A stretch of DNA of 64,000 nt, taken from contig JAUCBJ010005164.1 of the NCBI GenBank assembly GCA_032718475.1, positions 1 to 64,000 of the forward strand. Direction: 5' to 3'. This document shows positions 54,901-62,376 of the stretch, one piece after another (within the stretch, counting starts at the first letter, position 1; each line of letters starts with the position of its first letter). The position numbers and the translations under genes are program-made. The notes below the pieces were generated by a model, which saw only the letters and a list, made by a program, of their open reading frames with translations, was not told the DNA's origin and searched no databases. Source of the stretch: Nemertoderma westbladi (taxonomy: Eukaryota > Animalia > Xenacoelomorpha).

Positions 54901-57900
54901 AAAATGTGAGATTTCTTAAATTGTATATTATATTATAATACATACAAAGCTATCGTATTAACACACATAATTAATTAACTGGTCACCCATAACCATTAAA
55001 ATCTAAGTAGGACAAAGTGATATCTCCAACAAAATACGTACGACGTACGTTAAAAACAAATCATACGCAATAATACCTAAAGTCTAGTACAAACACACGT
55101 GTGCCGTGTGTCCAAGTCTAGTCATACTGTACGCATCTACAAGTGCATCCATAGGTTGGTAGTAGGTACGTCCGTGTCCAATAATACGCAAGTCCAAGTC
55201 CATCATAAGTAGCTCCAAATGCAATAATACGTACGTCTTAATCAATCATAAGTCCTGCCAATAATCATACATGTCGTAACCGATGGACTCGTCTTCATTA
55301 GTGATAAACATATGTTGCAAATAGCTGCACCTTCGCCAAATAAAATCGATCAGCTGATCAATATAGTTAATGGACTCGCCGCCGGTACTCGTGATATAAA
55401 CACTTGTAAGGCCATCTAGATTGCCAGAATCAAATATTTCTTCCATATCCGACACTATATGATCGAATGAGGGTGAAGTAATATCTTCAATTTTAATACG
55501 AAGTTGAGTTAGTGATGGTAAATATTTCAGAGCTGTTATGAGACTCGAGTAACTTGACTCCAATAGTCGTAAGTCGAGAGAGAGAATGGAGTTGACACAA
55601 ACTATTTCATCTTCTCTCTGAAGCCTACAACCACTTAAAACCAAAGATTTTACATTAGGAAACAAACAAGACAATTGTGATAATGAGACTGACTCGTTGC
55701 AACCTGATAAACTGAAGGAGATGACCTGAGGCATGATAACTCCCTCATGGAAGCCCCGAGCGACAAGGTTGGGAGGATTGTGGGACATGTTTGCATCCAA
55801 AGACAATGAATATAACTTATCGAATTGTTTGAGCTTACGGAATAGGCCTGTTTCGGATTCATCGGTTATATTCCAACTCCAAAACAACTTGAGACTCTCC
55901 AAAGTATCCCGACAATAAGGAACAATGTACTCTAGATTCTTAGCAATAGGGACTCCCGGGCCGGTGTATAAAATATCTGCAGAGAACGGCCGGTCATAGA
56001 GATAAAAACTAGTGAAAGGAATTATCGGATTATGTTTCAAAGACAGTGGGAGCTGGAGCTGGTAACGGTGAATTAACTCATTGAGAAATTCCATGCTTCT
56101 ATCTACAATTACGGTGAAACGCGGGTGCATTAAATGAAAATCAACTAGAGTTTCAATAGTCAAATCATCACAGATACAGCCATCAAGAATTATGGTTCGC
56201 AGTTTCTCAAGTTTGGGCAGACAATAGAACAGAGCGAAGTCCAATCGACCCATAACGGAATCTGTAATGTGCAAAGTTTCAAGATTGGGACAAGAATTAG
56301 AGATGTTGCTAATAATCGTGAGATCTATATGGGAGAACTTAATCGTGGTGAGTTGAGGAAATTCACCAGAGAACGCAGACTCTAATATGAAGGGGTCAAA
56401 GAAGCCTGCAACTCTGGTGGTGTCCACTGTACGTAAAGCTACAGCCATCTTAGGAAACCATTCGATTAGAATAGGGACGATATCTTCAGGAAACTCTTTG
56501 AGAAATTCATCATCGAAAACCATATCAATAGGCCAAAAAGGCTTCAAACATTGCGATGGAAAAATATCGGAATAAATTTCCATAATTTCTTCAAGAGTTG
56601 GTTTCTCTCGCGGATGAATATTGTTCCAGTCAAACATCAGTTCCAGTTGATTGTAAGAAAGAATGTAAGCATGCAGCACATACTTATATATCTTAGTGAG
56701 GAGTTTGGGAGCCAAACCTTTGTGGAACCACTTCGATATGATGTCACTCTGGTCACCCTCGGTACTACGATCTGCAACGTTTCCCCACTTCCTACTTTCA
56801 GCAGTTACAATCCCGCGGGCCAACGATCGTATTAAGTTGGCCATGGCGATTTCCTGTAACGTCAGAAGACGGCAATCGGATTTCAGAATAACCGGTCCCT
56901 TTCCTTTAGCTTTACTCGCGTACCGGTAGGCACACATTGTCTACCGGTATTCCTAATAAATAACTTCTAATAACAAAGTACCGAACGGTAATTATAAAGA
57001 AAACCTAAACTGTACTCAGTACTATTTTAATTACAATACAAATATTTAATAAGGCTCGTTCGTTATTCAGATGTATGTTAATAAATAACAGAATGATGTT
57101 TTATTTAATTAGTGACAGTTTTATTTAGGTCAGTAGGGTTAAGGCCTGACCAACTAACCCTAACCAAAATAATAAACCAAATATACCCATAATAAAACAA
57201 TCATCCATTGATCCATAGCCTCAACAAATTCACTGTACCGTACAATCCCGTAAATTAAAAACAATTTAGTATTTTGTATTGGAGTATTGGTGTATTCAGC
57301 CAATTTAGGAACCGGTATTGTATTATTGTAAGTACCGGTACTTGAAACGTGACTGTACCGAACAGACGATTTATGGTAAGTTATTGCCAGCAGCAGCTAT
57401 GGGTTTCACGCTCTAGGGGCCTACCGCACACCTTAAACAAGCGTATTAGCAGCTTAATTAAACTGTTGGCCTAATTAAAATGGCCTCCCAATCCTACAAT
57501 CACTGAATCAATACTACAACAGCAGTAAGCCTACTGCAGAAATAAAATTCAAATTTCCCGCTTAAATGCTAAAAATCCAAATACAATTAATTTTTTCGCC
57601 ACAGATTGTGTCACATTGTACGAAAGTACTACAAATGTTAACGTTCGCATTGTACATATTATGTAGTTCAGTTGAGTAGCGAGGTTTCTGGCGCCCTGTG
57701 ACTGGCGCTAACCCCCTCCCCCCGCATTTTAAAAGATATATAATATTGCTTGCCTTATCCAACTACTGGTAAATATAAATAAGGCCCCAACACATTGTTA
57801 AATTATAAGAGAAAAGGCTGGCTGGGTGGATGACTGGGTCGGGGTGGAGGCATTATTGGAATGTGGCTGGGACTACAACGTTTAGATAATGTATGGCTTC

Positions 57901-60584
57901 CTTATCTTTATGCTTATAGACCGAATTTTCTAATTTGGCACCCTTCGCAAATAGACGCCCTGTAACACTTGTCCCCCTTAGTCGGCGTTAGAGCTTCGGG
58001 GCTGGCTAACCAAAACAATAAACGATCTCAATAACAATACAGCAGGGAAAGAAGCAGGTAACAGAGGCAAGCTTTTCTAACCAAAACAATAAACGATCTT
58101 GATAATAATATATGGAAATATATGGAGCAGGTTACAGGGGCGGGCTTCTCTATACAAAACAATGAACGATATCATTAACAGTACAGGGAAAGGAGCAGGT
58201 TACACCAGAAGCAGGCTTTTCTAACCAAAATAATAAACGATCGACTTACAGTATGTACATATATTGAAGGAAAGAAAACAGGTTATACAGAGTAGGCTTT
58301 TAAAGGGTAAGTAGGCTACTTAATATCAAAATTATGTAATTATAGATAATAAATTACGAACAGTATAGATAGTTACTACATTACATATCACAATCAGAAT
58401 CGATACGTTGTATTGCAGTACTGAATATGCACAAGTAAAGTCTATAAATTAATTCTCTGTAAGTCTGATATACAGTAGGACTTAAGGGGGGGTATACCCC
58501 CCCATGAACCTTTTTTTTCAATGGCTGTCAATTAGTGTTAAATAAGAATATTGCTATTTTGTCATGGTCAACCGCTGTATGGAAGGCCAAATAGCCTTTA
58601 AAGTAAAATTTGAAAATTTGTAGCCTCCCCTAGCGGCTGGCGGCGGAATTAAAGATTCAACTAAAATTGCTACTAGTTCCTCAATTTTGGTCCAAATTTC
58701 ATGAAACCAACTTTTTTGGACTCAGCGTGATCGACTCTACAAAAGTTATCGTATAGAATTTTTAAATAGCCCATTGTATTTTAATTAATTAATTTTATTA
58801 ATTAATTATCATATGTTTAATTAAAAATGGCTAATTAGAAAAAATGGTAATATTTATTAACTTTTATATTATTAACTATTAACTTTTGATAACTTTTAAA
58901 GAGCTTCCAAAGCTCGTTCGAATGAGCCATAAATTAAGAAAATTGGTTGAAAAATGACGGAGGAGTAGTAATTTGAATATGAAAAATGTCATTCCGAGAA
59001 AATGCCCTTCAAAGTTTAAACCGTCCCGCTAAAATTGGCTGTCTGTGTTCTGGTTGGTTAATTATTTCTGGCACGAAGGATGCACACCAACGAGCTAAAA
59101 TATTCATTACTGGGGTTTTCGGGGTCGCTGATTTCATTTCCGATGTCAGTTTTAATTTTTGGTGGAATCTAGTCTATCTGTCTGTCTGTCGGTCTTCTGT
59201 CTTTCTTACAATTTGACGGACAGACCGTCATACGGAAAAACAGTGATAACTCGAGAACTGAAAGAGGTCTCACTAAGCGGTTTTCAGATTTGTAATCCTC
59301 ATTAAATTCTGCTCTAGGTGAAATAAAGAAACCAGAATTTGAAAATTTTACCTGAGGGGGGGGGGGGGGGGGGGGGGGGGCGTGGGGTATACCCCCCCCC
59401 CCCCCCCCCCCCCCCCCTTAAATCTGAAATAAAACTGGCGCAAAAAAACGTCAAAAAAAACTGAGAGAAAATTAAAAAAGAGATTTACGGGAGCGGTGTA
59501 ACTGTGGTCGACTACTAATCAATGATGTTGGATGGATCTCCAAGACAAATCGGTGTTCATAATACGTCGTTACATTTTAGACAATAATATTATTATTGTT
59601 TTTGTTTGTTATATGTAAATATCAGGTTTGCGGTGATTAAACTAACGAACAACCTAGGCCTAATTACCCGAATGGACCAACTCACCTTGTCTGCAAGTGC
59701 ACGTAAATCCAGGGAAGTTATCTACGCAGTCAGCATTGATATGGCAGTTGTGGGTACCAGCGGTACATTCGTTAATGTCTGCATGTGGAAAGTAAATTAA
59801 AATTAAAGTATATTGTAATGGTCGGGTCGGTTATATTCAAATTAACTTGATGTTAAGGCAAAATTACAGTATCTAATAATACGGGCGCATTTACTTGGAA
59901 GTTAATTGAAACTAAGGAAAAAATAAAATATCGGAATTAAATAAAGTATAATTTTTTTGGCTACCACAACTGGTCTTCCCGTGATAAATAAAGTATAACG
60001 TACTGCGACAGGTGGTCGGGTCTCCAGTTGGTTCGAATCCTGGTAGGCATTCGCAGGTAAAAGTCCCAAGTCCTTCTACACATATAGTAGTCTGCCTGTC
60101 GCAGTTATCACGCCCCAGTGCGCAGTTTTCAACGGCTACAAATAAGTAAAAGTCACAAACAATTCATTTAATAAGTAAACGAAATAAACGAAAAAATCCA
60201 ACAACAGTTAACACGAGAGAACGTTATGTTACAACCTAGTATTTACCTGAAATAAAGCTTAAGTGGGTGTTGTTATGGCTATGGGCAACACAAATGAGAG
60301 TAATACAATTGTTGATTCGCAAAAGTGGGAAAAAAATAAATTCAAAAAAAGTTATAGTGTATTATAGACGGGGCAAACACAAGAACGCAGTTTAAATACT
60401 TACGAATGCATTCACCATACCCATCTCCGTCTGGGTCGTGCAAAGTAAATCCTTCCAGACAGGTGCAGTGGAATCCTCCTGGAAAGTTCTCGCAATAAGA
60501 CACAGACTCGTCGCAGTCATCTTCTCCCTCAACACATTCGTTAAAATCCTCACATTCTTCGGTGTCATAGTTATAATCGAAGCC
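688..60584 (-). CDS. Large multi-exon cbEGF-repeat extracellular protein (fibrillin-like EGF arrays, no TB domain seen), with one ShKT exon and two follistatin/Kazal exons; partial
   Basis: Exons read by eye (transcript order), GT-AG with compatible phases where checked: 60584-60404, 59778-59686, 46975-46820, 43728-43606, 42580-42458, 41221-41096, 40920-40828, 37613-37458, 35660-35538, 34351-34229, 33455-33330, 33110-33018, 31967-31812, 31331-31164, 30051-29926, 28886-28764, 28347-28219, 28070-27978, 26682-26530, 24944-24822, 24568-24446, 24192-24064, 23722-23630, 23186-22995, 22896-22759, 22478-22344, 22201-22013, 17644-17431, 16914-16703, 16267-16145, 15565-15353, 15235-15095, 14645-14508, 14038-13899, 13757-13639, 13430-13327, 12787-12590, 12369-12217, 11759-11634, 11450-11286, 10723-10607, 10127-9990, 7236-7114, 6810-6529, 2891-2775, 2549-2270, 1948-1722, 1580-1455, 1339-1118, 906-688. 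Translations repeatedly show the cbEGF consensus D(I/V/D)(N/D)EC...C...C.(N/D)..G.(F/Y).C.C..G(F/Y). Confidence 0.9.
1118..1339 (-). CDS. Exon: follistatin-N + Kazal-like domain 1
   Basis: [26 protein letters not shown]...[21 protein letters not shown]...MEYAGAC (VCGTDGxTY Kazal motif); tttcag acceptor, GTGAGT donor. Confidence 0.82.
3030..6562 (-). repeat. Composite splice-donor-derived tandem array (about 65-bp exon-end+donor units and 21-bp donor units)
   Basis: About 29 copies of AACGCCACCCCGGGACCAGAGTTCCTCTGCGACG|GTTAGTGTGGG (end of exon 6810-6529), interspersed with 21-bp GTTAGTGTGGGAGTTATATTG units; 561-bp higher-order duplication (identical ORFs 5681..5950 and 6242..6511). Confidence 0.9.
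4523..4736. mobile_element. MITE with 8-bp TSD (hAT-like), copy 1
   Basis: TATTTTCC at 4515-4522 and 4737-4744; ends GAGACAGGGGG...CCCCCATCTG; interior homologous to 23818-24043. Confidence 0.75.
7635..8186 (+). CDS. Nested antisense single-exon ORF, 183 aa, possible PH/EVH1-like fold
   Basis: Non-repetitive ORF, more GC-rich than the AT-rich intron 7237-9989; start context AAACGATGG; AATAAA at 8203-8208; [18 protein letters not shown] resembles the last strand/helix of EVH1/RanBD-type PH folds (inference). Confidence 0.6.
   Translation: MARYDNSRPKLIEEVSRNSKYIFLDKPVTMVRMKEGNFRSKWFEMTVPPGTEIVWRFSEAKEDAEGSLTLEYPTGFPIPPFPICSIYRDSVVSLHNASNEIVTIEAKHSFWELNFQSQTKAVKFEAGLKRKIAELMGEFCRNGGKLDPITKDVRRFAKETPRWMDASNMAGRRGIFKRCNSLF
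14150..14472 (+). mobile_element. 5'-truncated non-LTR retrotransposon (RTE-like) 3' end with (TAG)n tail
   Basis: Degenerate ORF end ...WPHG...GQP...[17 protein letters not shown], similar to RTE-clade C-termini, followed by a short 3' UTR and a GTAGTAGTAG tail; inverted partial copy at 17152-17228. Confidence 0.6.
14646..14850 (-). repeat. 18-nt tandem duplication of the acceptor plus degenerate 21-bp repeats
   Basis: GTTACAG|GAGGTG occurs twice, 18 nt apart (exon starts 14663 and 14645); upstream AAGCAGTAAACATACAGACTC-like units. Confidence 0.7.
16299..16408. repeat. 22-bp minisatellite x5
   Basis: CAAAATGTTTGAATTATTACTA repeated. Confidence 0.9.
17038..17435 (-). repeat. About 20-bp donor-derived minisatellite
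   Basis: Units TAATTAGTG(C/T)AG|GT(G/T)GGTGG repeat the real donor TGCAG|GTGGGT at 17431/17430. Confidence 0.75.
17152..17228 (-). mobile_element. Short 3'-end copy of the RTE-like element inserted in the minisatellite
   Basis: Near reverse complement of 14386-14470 including the (TAG)n tail; flanked by AACCTACACTA on both sides. Confidence 0.7.
17822..22031 (-). repeat. 46-bp splice-donor tandem array, about 91 copies
   Basis: Unit CACTGCGCCAATACCGAGG|GTAGGTAGTAGTATAGAGTAGGTAGCT = last 19 nt of exon 22201-22013 (HCANTEG) plus first 27 intron nt. Confidence 0.95.
22995..23186 (-). CDS. EGF exon with polybasic insert (DRRRRRELP)
   Basis: [41 protein letters not shown]; paralogous exon 26682-26530 reads ECANGNNNC without the insert. 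Confidence 0.85.
23818..24043. mobile_element. MITE with 8-bp TSD (hAT-like), copy 2
   Basis: Flanked by CCATATAT/CCATCTAT; same GAGACAG...ATCTG ends and interior as 4523-4736; paralogous intron near 28200 lacks it. Confidence 0.75.
25485..25546 (-). mobile_element. tRNA-derived SINE head (degenerate)
   Basis: Minus strand TGGCGTAGCGTGG (A-box-like) ... GGTTCCAATC (B-box-like) at tRNA spacing. Confidence 0.4.
27469..27540 (+). pseudogene. tRNA-like cloverleaf (pseudo-tRNA or SINE head)
   Basis: Acceptor stem GCCTCCG/TGGTGGC (one mismatch), stem CCTGA/TCGGG with non-canonical loop ACGTTTA, T-arm GCGGG-TTCAATC-CCCGC, T-run just downstream; 18-bp direct repeat TTATTAATATTTTCTAAA at 27435 and 27602. 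Confidence 0.7.
31164..31331 (-). CDS. Exon encoding an ShKT-type domain (missing from the ORF track)
   Basis: [55 protein letters not shown]; CxxTCxxC signature; 168 nt, phase 1-1, ttccag/GTAGGT boundaries. Confidence 0.8.
31968..32953 (-). repeat. 56-bp splice-acceptor tandem array, about 17 copies
   Basis: Unit CTCTCTCGTTTT(C/A)TCCATAG|GATACCGAGCTGTCTGCTAAACGGATCCCTGAGTGA versus real acceptor CTCTCTCGTTTTCTCCACAG|GTTACCAAGGTGACGGC. Confidence 0.88.
33767..33922. repeat. 51-bp tandem repeat x3
   Basis: CTCAGTAAGGTTCGCTCGCAACACTACATGTATACGTAATCTACCCTATAA. Confidence 0.9.
35132..35414 (+). mobile_element. tRNA-derived SINE
   Basis: A-box TGGTGTAGTGG, B-box GAGTTCGATCC, GC-rich body, (TTTAC)n tail. 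Confidence 0.7.
35980..37554 (-). repeat. 106-bp splice-donor tandem array, about 15 copies
   Basis: Unit = 3' about 97 nt of exon 37613-37458 ([32 protein letters not shown]) + GTAGGTCTA. Confidence 0.95.
37749..40869 (-). repeat. 57-bp splice-donor tandem array, about 54 copies
   Basis: Unit TGTACCGACACTGTCGGATCGTTCACATGTACCTGCATAGAAG|GTAAGTTATACTGC = end of exon 40920-40828 plus donor. Confidence 0.95.
41990..42300. mobile_element. Possible non-autonomous Helentron/DINE-like element
   Basis: (GACA/GACG)n microsatellite at 42192-42228 followed by a GGCTCGCCC...GGCTCGCCCCAC end motif also seen near 397-408. Confidence 0.3.
43909..46916 (-). repeat. 106-bp splice-donor tandem array, about 28 copies
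   Basis: Same unit as 35980-37554, attached to paralogous exon 46975-46820; one unit has a 45-bp internal duplication near 45555; terminal unit ends AAAG|GTAAGG. Confidence 0.95.
48399..50921 (+). CDS. Anoctamin/TMEM16 family protein, 840 aa, intronless CDS, nested antisense
   Basis: Family motifs [90 protein letters not shown]...RAQNIG.W, LAFVI.FEH. Paralog cannot be assigned by eye. Confidence 0.96.
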   Translation: MYNTSVSLEMGHNISTGDGDNSSLYFEGGNKKIDYVFVYKSKDFESGKVAEMRENFREDIEEIGIEVEVDDGDESDGDKRIRCYKLHATWELLCKFAEILKLMMPLKVHEIKTHKDIFIARKMHDILFTNEDHRKMAPFKIAKAADFMTEPRDMFFTSTQRSQLLWAALQCYNKYDGNSDDDNFEVKPDIKTLLTNGTFKEAYPLHDGDYDEYSGQKGRKWLLENWATLRKVRNKQPLEEIKAYFGEKFAIYFSWLGYYTFMLIFPAIVSIGVFMYGLVSSIMIDDDLSKEVCGDDVGNITMCPLCDSVCPYWHLRDSCNTLATYPIFNNEASILFSIFMVLTVTLFLELWKRNQNEINYDWDLFYFEEGDRPEFEAKAKHSRVNQVTQSIEPFVPRLCKWSRLLGVILVTFLMILVVVAAVFGIILYRISVALAFSQRFSPQTSSNLVGVTSGIINYIGIKILGTIYEKIACWLTVLECQRTDARYEKSYTQKLFLFQFVNNYACLFYIAFIKGKLQKLPNQIFKIGGTKGNEACDANGSCMTDLLIQLATLMACEALQDNIVEYVMPIAMNYLRRKCDCNFTKNAENLSQWKIDYRLQPQDILGLFDEYIKMVIQFGYVTIFVVAFPLAPLLALINNILEIRLDANKFIKHYRRPFPDRAQNIGVWLRILKGVTAISVVSNAFIIAFTSDIITQEVYKRAVSPTGSMVGYTNHSLSIFYVKDFLPGQMPNRNLTKGFGDSDIIEPETCRFHGYYAHSGEPGTSESTYTLTTFYWHSMAANLAFVIAFEHVVFLLQVALAYAIPDMPGHVAKSLKRRQERQGNALNMAFVTNNNERQLF
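50932..51409. mobile_element. TIR MITE with probable 4-bp TSD (ATTT) just after the anoctamin stop
   Basis: GTGGCGGCCACCCTAGAAACG...CGTTTCTAGGGTGGCCGCCAC (21-bp perfect, about 35-bp imperfect TIR), ATTT on both sides. Confidence 0.85.
52079..52730. repeat. 26-bp minisatellite, about 25 copies
   Basis: ATCGTACTGCGTACTACAATGTTATT, nearly invariant. Confidence 0.95.
53366..54350. mobile_element. Foldback/TIR-type element with internally repeated termini
   Basis: (AAAAATATCGCGAGT)x3 at 53368-53413 and its reverse complement x2 at 54318-54349. Confidence 0.55.
55246..56937 (-). CDS. Nested single-exon LRR-type protein, 563 aa, with putative BC-box
   Basis: Long open frame; degenerate LRRs ([60 protein letters not shown]); N-terminal [10 protein letters not shown] resembles a BC-box. 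Confidence 0.8.
   Translation of the reverse strand: MCAYRYASKAKGKGPVILKSDCRLLTLQEIAMANLIRSLARGIVTAESRKWGNVADRSTEGDQSDIISKWFHKGLAPKLLTKIYKYVLHAYILSYNQLELMFDWNNIHPREKPTLEEIMEIYSDIFPSQCLKPFWPIDMVFDDEFLKEFPEDIVPILIEWFPKMAVALRTVDTTRVAGFFDPFILESAFSGEFPQLTTIKFSHIDLTIISNISNSCPNLETLHITDSVMGRLDFALFYCLPKLEKLRTIILDGCICDDLTIETLVDFHLMHPRFTVIVDRSMEFLNELIHRYQLQLPLSLKHNPIIPFTSFYLYDRPFSADILYTGPGVPIAKNLEYIVPYCRDTLESLKLFWSWNITDESETGLFRKLKQFDKLYSLSLDANMSHNPPNLVARGFHEGVIMPQVISFSLSGCNESVSLSQLSCLFPNVKSLVLSGCRLQREDEIVCVNSILSLDLRLLESSYSSLITALKYLPSLTQLRIKIEDITSPSFDHIVSDMEEIFDSGNLDGLTSVYITSTGGESINYIDQLIDFIWRRCSYLQHMFITNEDESIGYDMYDYWQDL
58005..58300. repeat. Degenerate about 75-bp repeats related to the MITE interior
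   Basis: GGAGCAGGTTACAG...CTAACCAAAACAATAAACGATC units, resembling 23885-23930. Confidence 0.5.
58486..59417. mobile_element. Non-autonomous DNA transposon with TTAA TSD and GG termini (Kolobok-like)
   Basis: TTAA|GGGGGGGTATACCCC ... GGGGTATACCCCC(n)|TTAA; no ORF. Confidence 0.75.
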
Positions 60585-60708
60585 CTAGAAGGAAGACACA
60601 TAGTTCCACTAGGAATTTGTTATTATTTTAAAACAATTTTCATTCAACTTAACGTAATAATATTTGTGAGCATATTTCAATCTCCCCCACCTAATAATCT
60701 ACCTCCAG

Positions 60709-60899
60709 TAATGTATGACTAATGTATGACTAATGTATGACTAATGTATGACTAATGTATGACTAATGTATGACTAATGTATGACTAATGTATGACTAAT
60801 GTATGACTAATGTATGACTAATGTATGACTAATGTATGACTAATGTATGACTAATGTATGACTAATGTATGACTAATGTATGACTAATGTATGACTAAT
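60709..60899. repeat. 11-bp minisatellite, about 17 copies
   Basis: TAATGTATGAC repeated. Confidence 0.95.
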
Positions 60900-61007
60900 A
60901 TTATGACAATCTATACATTCCAATATATCAAATACATTCTCAACAAGGGTAGATCAAGATAATTTAATTTATATCATCAAATAAGCGATGCTTTAATTAT
61001 GGCTACC

Positions 61008-62059
61008 AATTAAAGTCATCCCAAAATTGATGAAAATTTCACCAAAAAAATTTTTTATACCAAATTAAATAATGTGACCCCCAAAAAAATTACTCAACAC
61101 CAAATAAAATAAAGTCACCCAAATAAAATTATTGAAACACCAAAATAAATTTTTCAAAACCAAAAAACATTATTCAACACCAAAACCAATTATTCAATAC
61201 CATAATAAAAATGCTCCCCAAAACCAATTATTAGCACCAAAATAAATGACAATACCCCCAAAATAATTACAAATTTTCCCAAAACAAATACATTTTAGCC
61301 CAAAATAAATACATTTTCCCCCAAAACAAATACCTTTTCCCCCAAAACAAATACATTTTAGCCCAAAATAAATACATTTTCCCCAAAACAAATACATTTT
61401 AGCCCAACATAAATACATTTCCCCCCAAAACAAATACATTTTAGCCCAAAATAAATACATTTTCCCCAAAACAAATACATTTTAGCCCAAAATAAATACA
61501 TTTGCGCCAAAACAAATACATTTTCACCCAAAATAAATACATACAGTAATCCCCCAAAATATATACTATACTACTGCAGCAATAGGCCTCGCACTTCCTG
61601 GAAGTTAGACAAAAAGTTCAGTACTGCCGTAATACGGAAACCTAATAACATAGGCAAAAATAGATAGGCAATAAGGCCTAATAGGTAAGAATACTGTAAC
61701 TGAAGACTGAAGCATGCGCCCATGTGAAGAATACCAGGATTTAATATAAAATATTTGGTGCTGGAATAATTTTTTTGATGACAAGTAATTATTTTTGGGG
61801 GAAAAATAATTGTTTTTGGGGAATCAATAATTGTTTTTGGGGGTAGAATAATTGTTTTTGTGGGATGAATAATTGTTTTTTGGGGGATGAATAATTGTTT
61901 TTTGGGGGAAGAATAATTGTTTTTGAGGGATGAATGATTGTTTTTGGTGAAATGGATATTCAATATTGGGGGATGTGAATTGGTGATACAAAAAAATATA
62001 TTTGGTGGAAAATAATTTATTTTGGTGTTAAATCATCTAATTTGGGGTGGCATTCAATT
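61008..62059. mobile_element. Foldback-like element
   Basis: Left arm of CCAAAA-rich 21-bp repeats, right arm of TTTTGG-rich repeats, imperfect inverted termini, unique core about 61560-61740. Confidence 0.55.
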
Positions 62060-62376
62060 ACTGGCGTTGAATTATTCATGTAATTTAATTTATCGTTCAT
62101 TCCTTTCAAACTCATTCATTTATTTACTGAAAATGTTCCAGCTCACAAGCGGATTTTTGTATTAGAAGTGAATTTACAAAAGGTGTAATTTGATGTGTGT
62201 TAGCTTCCATGCTGAAGATACATCTTAGCCTATATAATGTCAATAGCTTTCTAGATTCATATTTACCCTACATTATGTTATAATAAATTAGTCATGCGCA
62301 CTTCTATTAGCTCTGTGATTAACTCAACCTCAACTGACTGGTTGATAACTTCGTAATAGGAGAATATTTAATAAAA

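Noticed and set aside
56938-56960. LRR ORF as an alternative terminal exon of the EGF gene
   Set aside because: Nearby AGs are phase 0 relative to the ORF (one with an in-frame TAG), while the host donor at 59686 is phase 1.
60002-60105. Possible ribozyme or structured RNA (11-bp terminal inverted repeat, GTCCCAAG, B-box-like GGTTCGAATCC)
   Set aside because: Could not fit twister, hammerhead or HDV cores by eye; more likely a repeat fragment. An Rfam/Infernal scan would settle it.
688-60584. Calling the host gene fibrillin (FBN)
   Set aside because: No 8-Cys TB or hybrid domain seen in about 50 exons; Kazal and ShKT exons do not fit fibrillin.
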